From the NCBI RefSeq assembly GCF_009914755.1, contig NC_060941.1: a DNA stretch of 64,000 nucleotides; one strand, given 5' to 3'. This document shows, piece by piece, positions 1-13,382 of this stretch. Origin of the DNA: the human T2T-CHM13v2.0 reference genome, Homo sapiens. The position numbers were made by a program, and so were the translations under genes. The notes under the pieces are model-generated. The model had not been told where the DNA came from and made no database searches. It saw only the letters and a list, made by a program, of their open reading frames with translations. Every line of letters begins with the position of its first letter. The stretch's first letter is position 1.

Positions 1-181
1 AACTTGTGATAGGTTGTAGTTAAATAAATTTGTTGTTGTTTATTAAAACTTTTTGCATCCTCATGTTGAGGAACTCAAAGTAGAAAATAATGTCTGTAGA
101 GAAAGTATACTTTTCCCCAGGTGTGCTGAGTGGCAGCTCTTATCCAGTGACGTATACTATCAAAAATACCAACTTGGACTC

Positions 182-727
182 TGTGATGGTTAATGTTGAG
201 TGTCAACTTGATTGCATGGAAGGATGCAAAGTATTTTTCCTGGGCATGGCTGTGAGGGTGTTGCCAAAGGAGATTAACATTTGAGCCAGTGGGAGAAGGA
301 GACCCACCCTCAATATGAGTGGGCTCCATCTAATCAGCTGCCAGTGCAGGTAGAATAAAGCAGGCAGAAGAACGTGGAAGGACTAGACTTGCTGAGTCTT
401 CCGATCCTCATCCTTCTCCTGGGCTAGATGCTTCCTGCCCTTGAACGGCAGACTCCAAGTTCTTCAGCTTTTGGACTCTTGGACCTATACCAGTGGTTTG
501 CCAGGGGCCCTTGGGCCTTCAGCCACAGACTGAAAGCTGCACTCTGTCATCTTCCCAACTTCTGAGATTTGGGGACTGGGACTGGCTTCCCTGCTCCTCA
601 GGTTGCAGACGGTCTATTGTGGGACTTCACCTTGTGATTGTGTGAGTCAGTACTCCTTAATAAACTCTCCTTCATATATACACCTATCCTATTAGTTCTG
701 TCCCTTCAGAGAACCCTGACTAATACA
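182..727 (+). mobile_element. Solo LTR, ERVL MLT2A family (MLT2A2-like by length)
   Basis: Starts TGTGATGGTTAAT, ends GAGAACCCTGACTAATACA; AATAAA near 659; 5-bp TSD GACTC (177-181) / GATTC (728-732). Confidence 0.88.
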
Positions 728-745
728 GATTCTGAGGGCAGAAAC

Positions 746-1340
746 TCATTCATTCATCTATTCATTCATATATCCATCTATTCATTTACTTGCTCATCTA
801 GCAAATATATTTTGAGCACTTACTATGTATCGGGCAGATGTCCTGATACAGAAGTCAACAAGATGAACAAATCCCTCTCTTGAAGCTTGAATTACAGTGG
901 GGAAGACAATAAATAAAAAATAGAAAAGATAACTTCAGAGAGTGAAGAGTACTGTAGAGATAATAAAATCAGTGAGTGATGTAGAGAGCTCTGGGGGCTT
1001 AGAGTTCAGGCTACTTCAGATAAGATGATTAGGGAATGCTTCTCTGGGAAGGGATCTTGGTGCTGAGACCTGAACAATGGGAGGACCCAGCCACATGAAG
1101 ATTTAAAGTGATGACTCACAACCTTTGAAGTGCATTCATATCACCTGGGAGTTTTTAAAAATAGATGGTGGACCCCACCTCCAGAGGTGGAAATTTAATT
1201 GACCTCAAGGTAAGGCTTAAAATTATTCTAATGTGCAGCCAGGGTTGCAAAGCAACCTAGACTAGAAGTGGAACTTACTAGACAGAATAGCATATGCAAA
1301 TGTCCTCAGGTAGGGAATGGCTTGGAGTGTTCCCCAGGCA
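746..1340 (-). mobile_element. L2 3' fragment interrupted by a MER5A-like DNA transposon (~1110-1265)
   Basis: (CATT)n tail then AAATATATTTTGAGCACTTACTATGT typical of antisense L2; ATCACCTGGGAG...GGACCCCACCTCCAGAG...ATTCTAATGTGCAGCCAGGGTTG typical of MER5A. Confidence 0.6.
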
Positions 1341-2552
1341 GAAAGAAGGTAGGTATGACTGAATTAGATGGAGGTAAGAAACAAATTTGGGGAGGGAGTC
1401 AGGGATTATATTCGCTTAGGTGAGCTGGTGAGCATGTCACAGATCTAGAGCTGGGCCCCACAGTACACAGAAGTACACAGAAAACAAGAGCTCCTTGCTG
1501 CGTGCAGTGGCATTGTCTTGTGAGGAGCCAGGGAGTTGGAATGGGTGGTAGGGAGAAACCCCATACATTTCACTTCTTCAGTGTCATCACACAGCAAACT
1601 AATCTGAACTGCAGAATTTCTCTGGTGATCAGCTGCCTGTTTTCCTGGGGTGATCCATCTATGAAAAGTTTCCAAATTGTGTTAAAACTGCCAGTTTCTC
1701 GACAAACAGCACGGAGTGTACTTTCCAGGGAGAAAAGTTCAATAATTAAAATGAGTCAGCACTGAAGAACTGGAGGGCGGTTTGATCTAGTTTAGCAGCC
1801 GACGTTTTCTTAGCAGAAAAATGCAATATCCATAATACATAATTTTGTGCTGAACAGAAGTCAACTAGAACAGAATTGTCTCAGGAGGGACCAAAGTCAG
1901 CTTGCCAGAAAATCTTTTTGAAGGCAGCAGAAAACCTGGTCTTCAAAAGCTGAAGTTGGGGAGTGGCTGAGGGGCCATGTCTCAGGTGCCTACAGGCTGG
2001 AGGAGCTCCCTGAGCTGTTTTGACAGGGACTCCCCTCTTGCTCTCTCCAGAGCAATTTTAAAGGGCAGATAAACACAACACCCAGGTTGTCTGAACACCT
2101 GGAGTTCAGAAGCCTGACTTCTCACCACCAGCAGAAAGACCTACTTAATATTGGGCAGCTCTTATTCTAGGGACTAAGTTTGCCTTTGCCTGGGGTGTTA
2201 CCACAGGAGGTGGGAGTTTGGGGGTAATTTTTTGTTTTTCTGAGAAAAGAAGAGTGATTAAAGGAGAAAATCATTTCCTCTGGGTGGTAAGGGTCCCTGC
2301 AAAACATCCCCCGACTGAGCTTCCAGGAAGAGTGAAAACTGCCAAACCTGAAAGTGGTTTGGCTTGGAGTCTAAGTCCCCACCAGAGGTTGCAAGTCCTC
2401 CCTGTGCCTGCAGCACAGTCTCTTCCTGGGGCTGGCTCCGCGATTTCAAAAACATAGACAAATTGGCTCTCTTCTGGCCTCCTGAAGTTCATGCAATCAT
2501 GGGACCAACTAAATTTGTGTTAGATTATGCCAAAGACTGAACAACATTTTGC

Positions 2553-2576
2553 TTTTTTTTTTTTTTTTTTTTTTTT
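2553..2576. repeat. Poly(T)24 tract
   Basis: Read directly. Confidence 0.95.
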
Positions 2577-3181
2577 GCTTCACTGACAATAGTCCAAGAG
2601 AGGAAGCCTTCAATTAGAGTAGCAGAAAATGCTGATTAGAATCAATCAACACCTCTAGAAGTTTAAACACTTAAGTTAATTAAATGGTTCAGTAAACTTG
2701 AAGCGAAACTTGCAAACAGAAAACGCGACGTATAAAAGGATGCTTAGATTTTTAAAAAACAGATAATTATCCAACAAGCTCAACATCAACCTCACCAAAG
2801 GCTCTGTGAAAATGATTAGGCAGGCAGCGCATTAATTTTCAATGCAACTCACACTTAGGTTCATATCACTACTCAAAAGCAAAAACTCATGACTCCTATC
2901 AGCGGGTGTGTTGTTCTGGTTTCGAGATATACTATTAGGAAACTGGCAATGCACCTGTTGTATTTTAGTAGTCCTGAATATTTTAAGAGATCACTGTTTC
3001 CTTACCCTCAGTACAAACAAAATCCTGCAAAGACAGATCTTTCCTGCAAAGCAAAATCTTGCTGGTTTTGTTTAATTTTAGGAGAAGGCCCAATCTGAAT
3101 GAGTGAAAACATGAAACACAGATTTTTTTTCAGACACTAAAAATTTGTAACTCTTCTGCTGCAAAATAAAGTCAAACTAGA

Positions 3182-3620
3182 TGTCTTCTGTTGGGTTCCT
3201 TTAGACACAGCCTGCGATGGAGAGTCTAGTTCAAGTGTTTTCCTGAGGATATGGTCCCCAGAAAAGGGGAAGGAGGAAAGCGGGACAGAGCTGAAACAAA
3301 TATCTAAGCAAAGCTTTTGATTTGCCTGCAGATTGTTTCAGTCTGAGCCCATAGGAGGGCGCTGGAGTATGAATCTCACAACAAAATTAGTTCCACCTGA
3401 GACAAGAAGATCAGCCTCTGATGCCCCTTGGCATGTATCTATTAGTCATGGGCCGTGGGCTTCTGCTGGGGGTGAGGTGGGAATGTGGTAGCCTGTTGAG
3501 CAGTTAGCAGAGGGCAGTCCCCCAGGAAAAGCGGTGGCTGTGAGGTGTAATCAGACAAAGTCACAGCTGCTGGGGGAGAGGGGCAGCGGCTACCGATGGG
3601 ATCTGGGCAGGAGGTCTACA
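3182..3620 (-). mobile_element. Old ERVL solo LTR (LTR33-like)
   Basis: Begins TGTCTTCTGTTGGGTTCCTT and ends GGATCTGGGCAG...CTACA, resembling the reverse complement of LTR33. Confidence 0.55.
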
Positions 3621-5249
3621 TGACTGGACCAAGGAACTTCTGCCTCATAGAGATTGTTGAGTGATCTTAGGCAAGACAAAAGTTGTCTTTGATAAACAAG
3701 CCTATTCTAAAGTGAGAGCTACCCCAGGCTCCAGACACTATCTTGTTCACCTCTGAACATAATGGGTCATCAACAAATGTGTGTTAAGTGAATAGCAAAC
3801 AGATCACTTGCAGTGTCCACTGAATATGATGCAGCTTCCATGCCCTTTCTACGCATTTCACAAACACCCACTGAAGATGAAGCAATAACTTGCTACTTGA
3901 GGTTCAGTCCCATCAGAAGACATGGGTTGAGCCCTTGTGTAGTTTTTCATTAGTAATGATGCCTTGTACCTCAGTTGTCCAATCTTTAAAATAGGGAAAA
4001 ATCACAACATGACAGGGCTTTTGTGAGGATTAGGAGAAATAGCACATGAATATACTTAGTAATTTAGCTTTTTCTCATAAAATGTTTTTCTTTGGAAAAA
4101 TTTCAGAAAAGCTGAAGTGCAGGAATAGAGACATTTAAAGCTAAAGGATTAGAAGCCTCTGATAATAAAAATTTGCTCTGTAAAGATAAAGCAATACTAG
4201 AACTGTGCTGTAAAGTCAATAGGCACCGGGGATTGATATTGATCTACAGAATACACTTGTAGGAATGAAGCTACTCCATAAAGCCAGGCACATTGAGAAT
4301 GAGCATCTCATTGTTTTATCTCCCAATATAGTGTGCAGGTCAGGCTCTGAACTCTTCTTAACTAGAAAGATAGTGAGTTGCAAATAAAACAGGTGTTGGC
4401 CATTAATGAGGTCTCTACGCACAACACTTACTATACTACCTCTCAGACTATGTGGAGTGGTTTCTTCTTTTGGGGGTTTGCCAAAAACAAAGTAACATTG
4501 CCTACGACCTTCCTTCCATAAAGGCAGGAGGAGGGTGAGTGTCTTTGTCTGCACAGGACACACAGCTGCAAGAACTCTGTGACTTGGTGTTCCCACTGTC
4601 TGATTATCTGTTGTGTCCTCCACAGATCCTCTTTTCTTGCCCCTGCTGGGAAGCTATCTCTGGTTCTAGAGCAGAAGGCCATCACAGAAACTCAGCCAAA
4701 CAGTAAATTGGAGGTGAGGTTTTCACCAGGACCATGAAGACTTCACTTCTTCAATCGGGTAACTTCCCAAAGAAGTATTTTCCTACTTTAGAGATGTGGA
4801 AGGATTGGGAGCTGCTACTCAAGATGATCTTACACATGCACTGAATGGTTTGAGCATCATTCTTATCATTGATTAAGGGGCTGGATCAACGGCTGGACTT
4901 CAGGCATGGTCAGAAGGAAAAAGGAGCCTATAATTGGCCATTTCTTGGCTGGGTCATGACCACAGCAAGGGCATAGATGTTTAATAGGCAGTGTAAGGTT
5001 ACAATTCCAAATATGCATTAACTGAACCCATCAATGATATCTAGCGGGGACAACGGGAGGACTTGAGGACAATTGATGATGGTAAGTCATTTGACAAAAA
5101 TAGGGCCTGAAAAAATACAAATTTTGGTTCTATATCTTTTGAAAAATATCACTCCTTAGTTGTCACTTAAGCCTAGGACCAAAGGCTAGCTAGCTTCCCT
5201 AATCACTAGGCTTACTTACTAGAGCAAAGGGTAGAGTGTGGGTACAGGC

Positions 5250-5665
5250 ATCTGTTGTTATCTTGCCCAGCATATATTTATTTATCCCTCTTCCCTTGGT
5301 AACAGCACCCTTCCTTTCCTTTGAATAACTGTGCCTACTGCATTTCCATATGGCCCTGGGGGGCACCAATCCTGGTACCCTGTTCCTGGGTAGGTTCATG
5401 ACCTTACAGGTTGGCCAGACTCAGTCTCCCAGGAATCTGAATTATAGGTGGAGTGAAATATGAATGGAAGGTGAATGAAGACAAGTCAATTTGATGGCAG
5501 TTCTCAGAAAGAATGAATCGGAGATCCCTGGTACTGACCTGATGTTCCTGACCTTCTTGTGGTCCTTGATTCTATGAGTTACTTAGTGTTCTCTCAAATA
5601 AACTAATCCTTAAATTAACTAGAGTGGCTTTTCCGTTTCTTATAGTCAAAGAACACTGAGTGCTC
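5250..5665 (+). mobile_element. Old MaLR/ERVL-type LTR fragment
   Basis: 3' end AATAAACT...TTAACTAGAGTGGCTTTTCCGTTTCTTATAGTCAAAGAACACTGA resembles MLT1-type LTR ends. Confidence 0.4.
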
Positions 5666-6673
5666 CCTGCCATGGTGCCCCTAAGGAGAGAAAGGCCAGT
5701 CTCTCTTTCTTTTGCTCTGTCTGTATATGTGTGCATTTGTGCTGGTATAAGCACTGACACCAGTTCCTGAGGCCTCCATAAAAGGTACTTCAGGCCCCTT
5801 TTCAATTTGAGAGGCAGGGTGTGATATTATTATATGTTACCATCCATCTCTTTCTTAAAGAGGCAAAGTCTCATAGGGGAACAAGCATAGATTTTGCAAT
5901 CCAGAAAAAATTGAGTTTGACTGAAAAAACTGAGTTCCGTCATTTGCAATTTATGTAATCTTGGGCAAATTCTGTATCCTTTCACCTTTGTCACCTGTAA
6001 AATGGGTACAATAATACCTGTCTTCTCACAGGGGTTTGTGAGATTTAAGGCAGTGTATAAAAAGGGCCAAGTATTGTGACTTGCCCTAGAAAAATAATTT
6101 CCTTCCTCCCTCTGGAGCTCTTTGGGAGGTGGGCTGGGGTCCTCATCACTATGGTTATTTTACAAGGTTGGACCTTCTCTAGATACCTGATGAGGCCACA
6201 TTCAGGTGGGTGGGTAGAGACACACTGGTTTCAAACATGGGAGATATGACTGAGAAGGCGATGATTGCTCTTGCTAAGACAATGGACTTCGGTGGTGATG
6301 GGAGAAGCTTAGTTTAGATGCAAGCAAGAATGTGCTCAGATGGAGAGAGAAGAAGGAATTACAGACAAAAGAAATCTGCAGAACACCAATTTTTAAATCT
6401 ACACCTATGAGGGATGATTTCAGTTTGTGGCCTGAGGAGAGAGTGGGCAGGGAGGAATTGGAAATTACGGCTCTTCCTTCACATTCGTGATTCGGCTAAA
6501 TGGGTGCTCATTATTCAGAGAATGAAAAAAATAGCAGAGCCTGGTAACACAAGAGCCCTTTTCTCAAATTATCAGTACTTTATAAGAATTCTAGCTTTTC
6601 AATAATCATAGTTCTTATAGCTTTATGTTCTCACATTCTAAGTTTGTTGTGGTGAAAAGAACAAAATAAGGGA

Positions 6674-7010
6674 GGATGATGAGTTCATGTCTTTGTAGGG
6701 ACACGGATGAAACTGGAAACCATCATTCTCAGCAAACTATTGCAAGGACAAAAAACCAAACACCTCATGTTCTCACTCATAGGTGGGAATTGAACAATGA
6801 GAACACATGGACACAGGAAGCGGAACATCACACACCAGGGACTGTTGTGGGGTGGGGGGTGGAGGGAGGGATAGCATTAGGAGATATACCTAATGCTAAA
6901 TGACGAGCTAATGGGTGCAGCACACCAACATGGCACACGTATACATATGTAAGAAACCTGCACATGTACCCTAAAACTTAAAATATAATAATAATAAAAT
7001 TTAAAAAAAA
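6674..7010 (+). mobile_element. 5'-truncated L1PA 3' end (L1PA3/4-like)
   Basis: GAAACCATCATTCTCAGCAAACT...CATGTTCTCACTCATAGGTGGGAATTGAACAATGAGAAC, G-rich tract, GTACCCTAAAACTTAAA and A-rich tail. Confidence 0.92.
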
Positions 7011-7059
7011 CCAAAAAACATATTTGGGGAGAAGCTTCCAAGTAATTAAAAAAATTTTT

Positions 7060-7716
<657 letters not shown>

Positions 7717-9008
7717 CCAGGTAATTTGATTCAGAATTTTGTGTTTGTTTTCCTAAATCAATAACTACTATACAAAACGCTGTGAAAATGGCTACTATTT
7801 TCTTTCTTTTGCTCCCCACCTGGGGACGGTCCCCTGGGTCACCTTACTCAGCAGTTCTCCCTCTAGATTTGATCCAGCAAATGAGATCGAGTGATATATT
7901 ATAGACTCTTTAATCATTTTCAGGGGAATTGGGTTGGGATGGAAGAGCCCTGGGCCTGGACGTGACTAATCTGAGGGAACTGGATCAGTATTTTTGGGAG
8001 AAGCACACCTGAGGCAAGAAACTACCCCCAAATAAAAGGATGTCTAAAATGCTCATGGTTCTCTCCCCTTTTTTGGCCTCGAAAAATGATATTTATTCAG
8101 AGAAAAAAAAGAGAGAAAAAATGCCAAGAAGTTCACCCATTGGCTAACTTCTCTGTCCCCTCCTGGTTCTTGCCAGCCCCCCAGGGTTGAGCTCTGGTTG
8201 GAGTGGGTAGCAGGGCTGCCCCTAAGGTGATGTCAGTGACATGGTTCAAATACTGTCTCACCACTTACCAAGGTATGAACTTGGGGTTCATTAAGCTGCA
8301 GTTCCCTCCATAGCATCTTGTAGGGGAATTATTTAAGCATGTGCCATGTACCCTAGTGAATTACAGGCCTCAATAAATGTTGAATTAGGTATAAAATCCT
8401 TTCCTTTATGCACCCTTCAATCTTAAGACCTATTACTGAACAATGATAGGAAATTGGTTTTTCATTCAACAGAAAGCCCAAGGTTGGTCAAGGTCATGGT
8501 AGGGCCAGCATTTGTTCATCAAGTTTATAGTCTTCTGAGCTTTGAAAATGTTGGCAGGGAGATCTTAACTGGGATGAGACACAGAGAGATGAATTATAGT
8601 GTTACTTGAGTAATCTATGCAATAGGTTGCTGCCATCTTTGGAACCCTCACTTGTGAAATAATAAGAAATATACATATTGTTCTCTGTCCCCAGTCCCTG
8701 GCACAGAGCTCCTAAAACCCTTGTAATTTCCTGAGTGATAGGAGTGCTAGGGGAATTTTTTTGTTCTAATGCTTGGCTTCTGCTGAAGTTCCTGAGAGAG
8801 AGCTCCGAATACCCCTGTAGACAGAGGTGCTAGAATTTTTTAGCATTTGGTCCTTGACCCCAATTTTCTGACACAGAGCTCCTAAATCCCTTGGAATTTC
8901 CTGGGTGATAGGAGCATCTTTTGTTCTAATGAGATGACTCTTGGTGGGCACCTGGCTAGCCCAACATGGGCCTGTTGGCCAGGAAAATGAACCATGTGAT
9001 TAAAAGTA

Positions 9009-10050
9009 GTACTACTATTTGATCCAGCAATCCAGAGGAAAAGAAGTCATTATTCGAAAAAGATACTTGTGCACGCATATTTCTAGCAGCACAGTTCACA
9101 ATCGCAAAATCGTGGAACCAACCCAAATGCCCATCAATCAACAAGTGGATAAAGAAACTGGTATATATATATATATATATATAATATTACCTAAATATAT
9201 AAAAATATATATTTGTGTATATATACACATGTATACATGTATATATGCACATATATGTATATATGTATATATACACATATGTGCATATATACATGTATAT
9301 ATGCACATATATGTATATATACATATATGCATGTATATATGTATATATGTATACATATATGCATGTATATATGTATATATGTATACATATATGCATGTAT
9401 ATATGTATATATGTATACATGTATGCATGTATATATGTATATATGTATACATATATGCATGTATATATGTATATGTGTATATATGTATACATGTATATAT
9501 ACATGTATACATATATACACATATATATGTGTATATATATACACGTATATATATGTGTATATATACGTGTATATATATGTATATATATACGTGTATATAT
9601 ATGTATATATATACGTGTGTATATATATATATACAGGATAGAATACTACTCAGCCATAAAAAGGAATGAATTAACAGGATTTGCTGACTTGGATGAGATT
9701 GGAGACTATTATTTTAAGTGAAGTAACTCAGGAATGGAAAATCATTGTATGTTCTCACGGATATGTGGGAGCTAAGCTCTGAAGACGTAAAGGCATAAGA
9801 ATGATACAATGGACTTTGGGGACTTGGGGGGAAGAGGAGGAGGGGGACGAGGGACAAAAGACATACAAATATGGTGCAGTGTATACTGCTCAGGTGATGG
9901 GAGCACCAAAATCTCACAAATCACCACTAAGGAACTTAGTCATGTAACCAAATACCACCTGTACCCCAATAATTTATGAAAAAAAGATTTAAAATGAAAT
10001 AAAAGCCAAAGCAGCTTACAGTAAAAATAAATAGATAAATAAATAAAAAT
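9009..10050 (+). mobile_element. L1PB (L1PB1-like) 3' fragment containing an expanded TA-rich repeat
   Basis: TTTGATCCAGCAATCC...AAATGCCCATCAATCAACAAGTGGATAAAGAAACTG; 3' UTR GAATGATACAATGGACTTTGGGGAC...ACCAAAATCTCACAAATCACCACTAA; AAAGTA present on both sides. Confidence 0.88.
9162..9634. repeat. Compound (TA/TG/CA)n repeat with an internal 32-bp minisatellite
   Basis: Unit CATATATGCATGTATATATGTATATATGTATA starts at 9322, 9354, 9386, 9418 and 9450. Confidence 0.92.
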
Positions 10051-11351
10051 AAAGTATTGGAACTTTCAGCTCCACCTCAACCTCCAGGAAGAAGAGAGAG
10101 GCCGAAGGTTGAGCTAATCACCAATGACCAATGACTTAATCAATTGTGCCTAGGTAAGGAAGCCTCCAATAAACACTCAAAAGCACTGAGTTCTAGAGGT
10201 TCCTGGAAGGCAGTGGGCTTGGAGAGGGCACAGAAGCTCCTCAACCCTTCCCCATACCTTGCCCTATACAGTTATTCCCCCCGGCTCTTCATTTTTATCT
10301 TTTGTAATACCCTTTGTAGTAAACTGGTAAATGTTTCTCTGATTTCTGTGAGCTGCTCTAGCAAATTAATTGAACCCAAAAAAGTGGTCATGGGAACATG
10401 GGTTACAACCTGTGCTTATTATTTGGCCTCTGAAGTGGGGGGAAAACTAAGCCCTCCATCTGTGGGGTCTGTTGCTATCTCCAAGTAGATAGTGTCAGAA
10501 TTGAATTGAATAAGAGAATACCCAGCTGGTGTCTGCTGCAGAATTGATTGCTTGGTTGACCGTGGGAAGAAATCCTCACGTGTTTTGGCAACCAGAGGTC
10601 ACAGAAGTGTTGATTGTTGAATGAGAGGATAGAAAAAAACACTTTGTTTTTTCTTTTCTCCATATCTCATACTACTGCCCTGAGGATGTCTTCTATACCT
10701 CTACTTATAGCACAGCATCACACATGGGAAGCATGGCCAGGTCCAAAATTGGTCACACTTTCCTCTGACCTCACTCCAGCTCTTTATTCCCTTCTGAGAG
10801 CTCATCTGAGCATACCACACATCAGCATGTGTGCAAAACTACATTACGGAGAAGAGGGATTTGATGAATCATAAAATCTCACACAGTACTGGAAAAAGTC
10901 CAGGATAAATGGGCTTTGAATAAAATAAATGCCACCAGAACCCCCACATAAATGATGCATGACATCGCCTGCAAATTGAGGCATGAAGGCATGAAATTTT
11001 AAACTCCCAGATGGCTCCTCCTTGTTCTTTTCAACTTGTCCTCACAAAACTTGTGCAATAGCTACACCTCTCACCACTGAACCTAGGTGACACCTGAGGT
11101 TCGCTTGTTGCTGAAAAGTAGACTAGAAAGTTGAGTCATTGGGGAATTGAAGGGAAGATCCATGGTGTATTTCCCCCATAGCCCAGCATCTAATACAAAT
11201 TTGGGACACAGCAGGTCTCAGAAAATGTTTTTGGCATGTTTACAAATAGGAAGAAGAGCTGCCTCTGTTCAAGAGAAGTTAAGACCCATCAGATATCTTT
11301 CATTCATGATATCCCAGTCTTATGTTGGGGTGATTTAAAAGGTTAAGTATT

Positions 11352-11655
11352 GGCTGGGTGTGGTGGCTTATGCTTGAAATCCCAGCACTTTGAGAGGCTG
11401 AGGTGGGAGAATTACTTGAGGCCAGGAGTTTGAGACAATCCTGGGCAGCATAGTGAGATCGTATCTTTACAAAAAGTAAAAAAAAGTTAGCCAGGCATGG
11501 TGGCATGAGCCTGTAATCCCAGCTACTCAGGAAGTTGAGGTGGGGGGTGTATCACAAGCCCAGGAGTTCAAGGCTGGAGTGAGCTGTAATCCCACAACTG
11601 CAGCCTGGGTGGCAGAGCCAGGGCCTGTCACAAAAAAACAAAACAAAACAAAAAA
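11352..11655 (+). mobile_element. AluJ
   Basis: Diverged dimeric Alu with J-type TTGAGGCCAGGAG and CCCAGGAGTTCAAGGCTG; (AAAAC)n tail. Confidence 0.9.
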
Positions 11656-12261
11656 CTTTTGCAGCCTTTTAAGGAGGCAATGAAGTGGGCTTTGATCCAG
11701 ATAGGCTGGAGTTTGGTGCTCAACTCTAGAACATAATAGGCATAAAATCTCTGAACCCTGGTTTTCCAGCACTGAAAGGATGATAATAATACTAAGAGTA
11801 ATAATAATTGTGGTATAATAAGAAATATTATTTGGTTTTTGTCTGTGGTTCTTGCCACAGAATTTCTAAAACTCTTGGGATTTCTGGCCTGGAATATGTA
11901 GGCAGGAGGAATCTTAAGTAGGATGGGACATCTAGAATGAATTATTCTATTGAGTAATCTATGCAATAGGTTCCTGCCATCTTTGGAAACCTACTGCAGT
12001 GAGGAAGTCTTCTGCACTTCCTTTTATAGCACAGTATTATATACTGGAAGCAGTGGACATGCCTGAATAAGAGTATCTTTTGTTATTCATAATGAACCCT
12101 TTTAATCATATCTGAGTTTATGCTAATGAGGTGACTTAAGGTGGGGACCCTAGATAGCCTCAGGAAGAGGCTGGTCACCAGAACCAACTCAGTAGAGGGT
12201 TGAAACTTCAGTCCCATCCACCAGTCTGAAAACTGGAGATATAAGCTCTATAAAAAGTCTT

Positions 12262-13091
<830 letters not shown>

Positions 13092-13093
13092 AC

Positions 13094-13382
13094 TTTATTT
13101 TATTTATTTTTGAGACAGAATCTCGTTCTGTCACTCAGGCTAGAGTGCAGTGGCTCACTGCAACCTCTACCTCCTAGGTTCAGGTGATTCTCCTGCCTCA
13201 ACCTTCCAAGTAACTGGGATTACACAGGCGCCTGCCACCACACCTAGCTAATTTTTCTATTTTTAGTAGAGATGGGTTTCACTTGCTGGCCAGGCTATTC
13301 TCGAACTCCTGAGCTCAAGTGATCTGCCCACTTTGGCTTCCCAAAGTGTTGGGATTACAAGCGTGAGCCACCGCACCTGGCC
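13094..13382 (-). mobile_element. AluS
   Basis: Reverse Alu directly tail-to-tail with the preceding Alu. Confidence 0.93.

Larger units (their letters stand above)
8653..10669 (+). mobile_element. MER21 solo LTR (MER21B-like) interrupted by an L1PB
   Basis: TGTGAAATAATAAGAAATATA...GGCACAGAGCTCCTAAAACCCTTG...TTCCTGAGTGATAGGAG; resumes at ~10057 TTGGAACTTTCAGC; ends CA at 10669; 4-bp TSD CACT (8649-8652) / TACT (10670-10673). Confidence 0.8.

Noticed and set aside
4216-4685. 135-aa and 80-aa minus-strand ORFs
   Set aside because: No recognisable homology or motif; lengths are within chance expectation for 64 kb.
9019-9721. Long overlapping ORFs (up to 216 aa) rich in Y/I/C/M/H/V
   Set aside because: Products of an alternating purine/pyrimidine repeat that lacks stop codons, plus short L1 ORF2 remnants.
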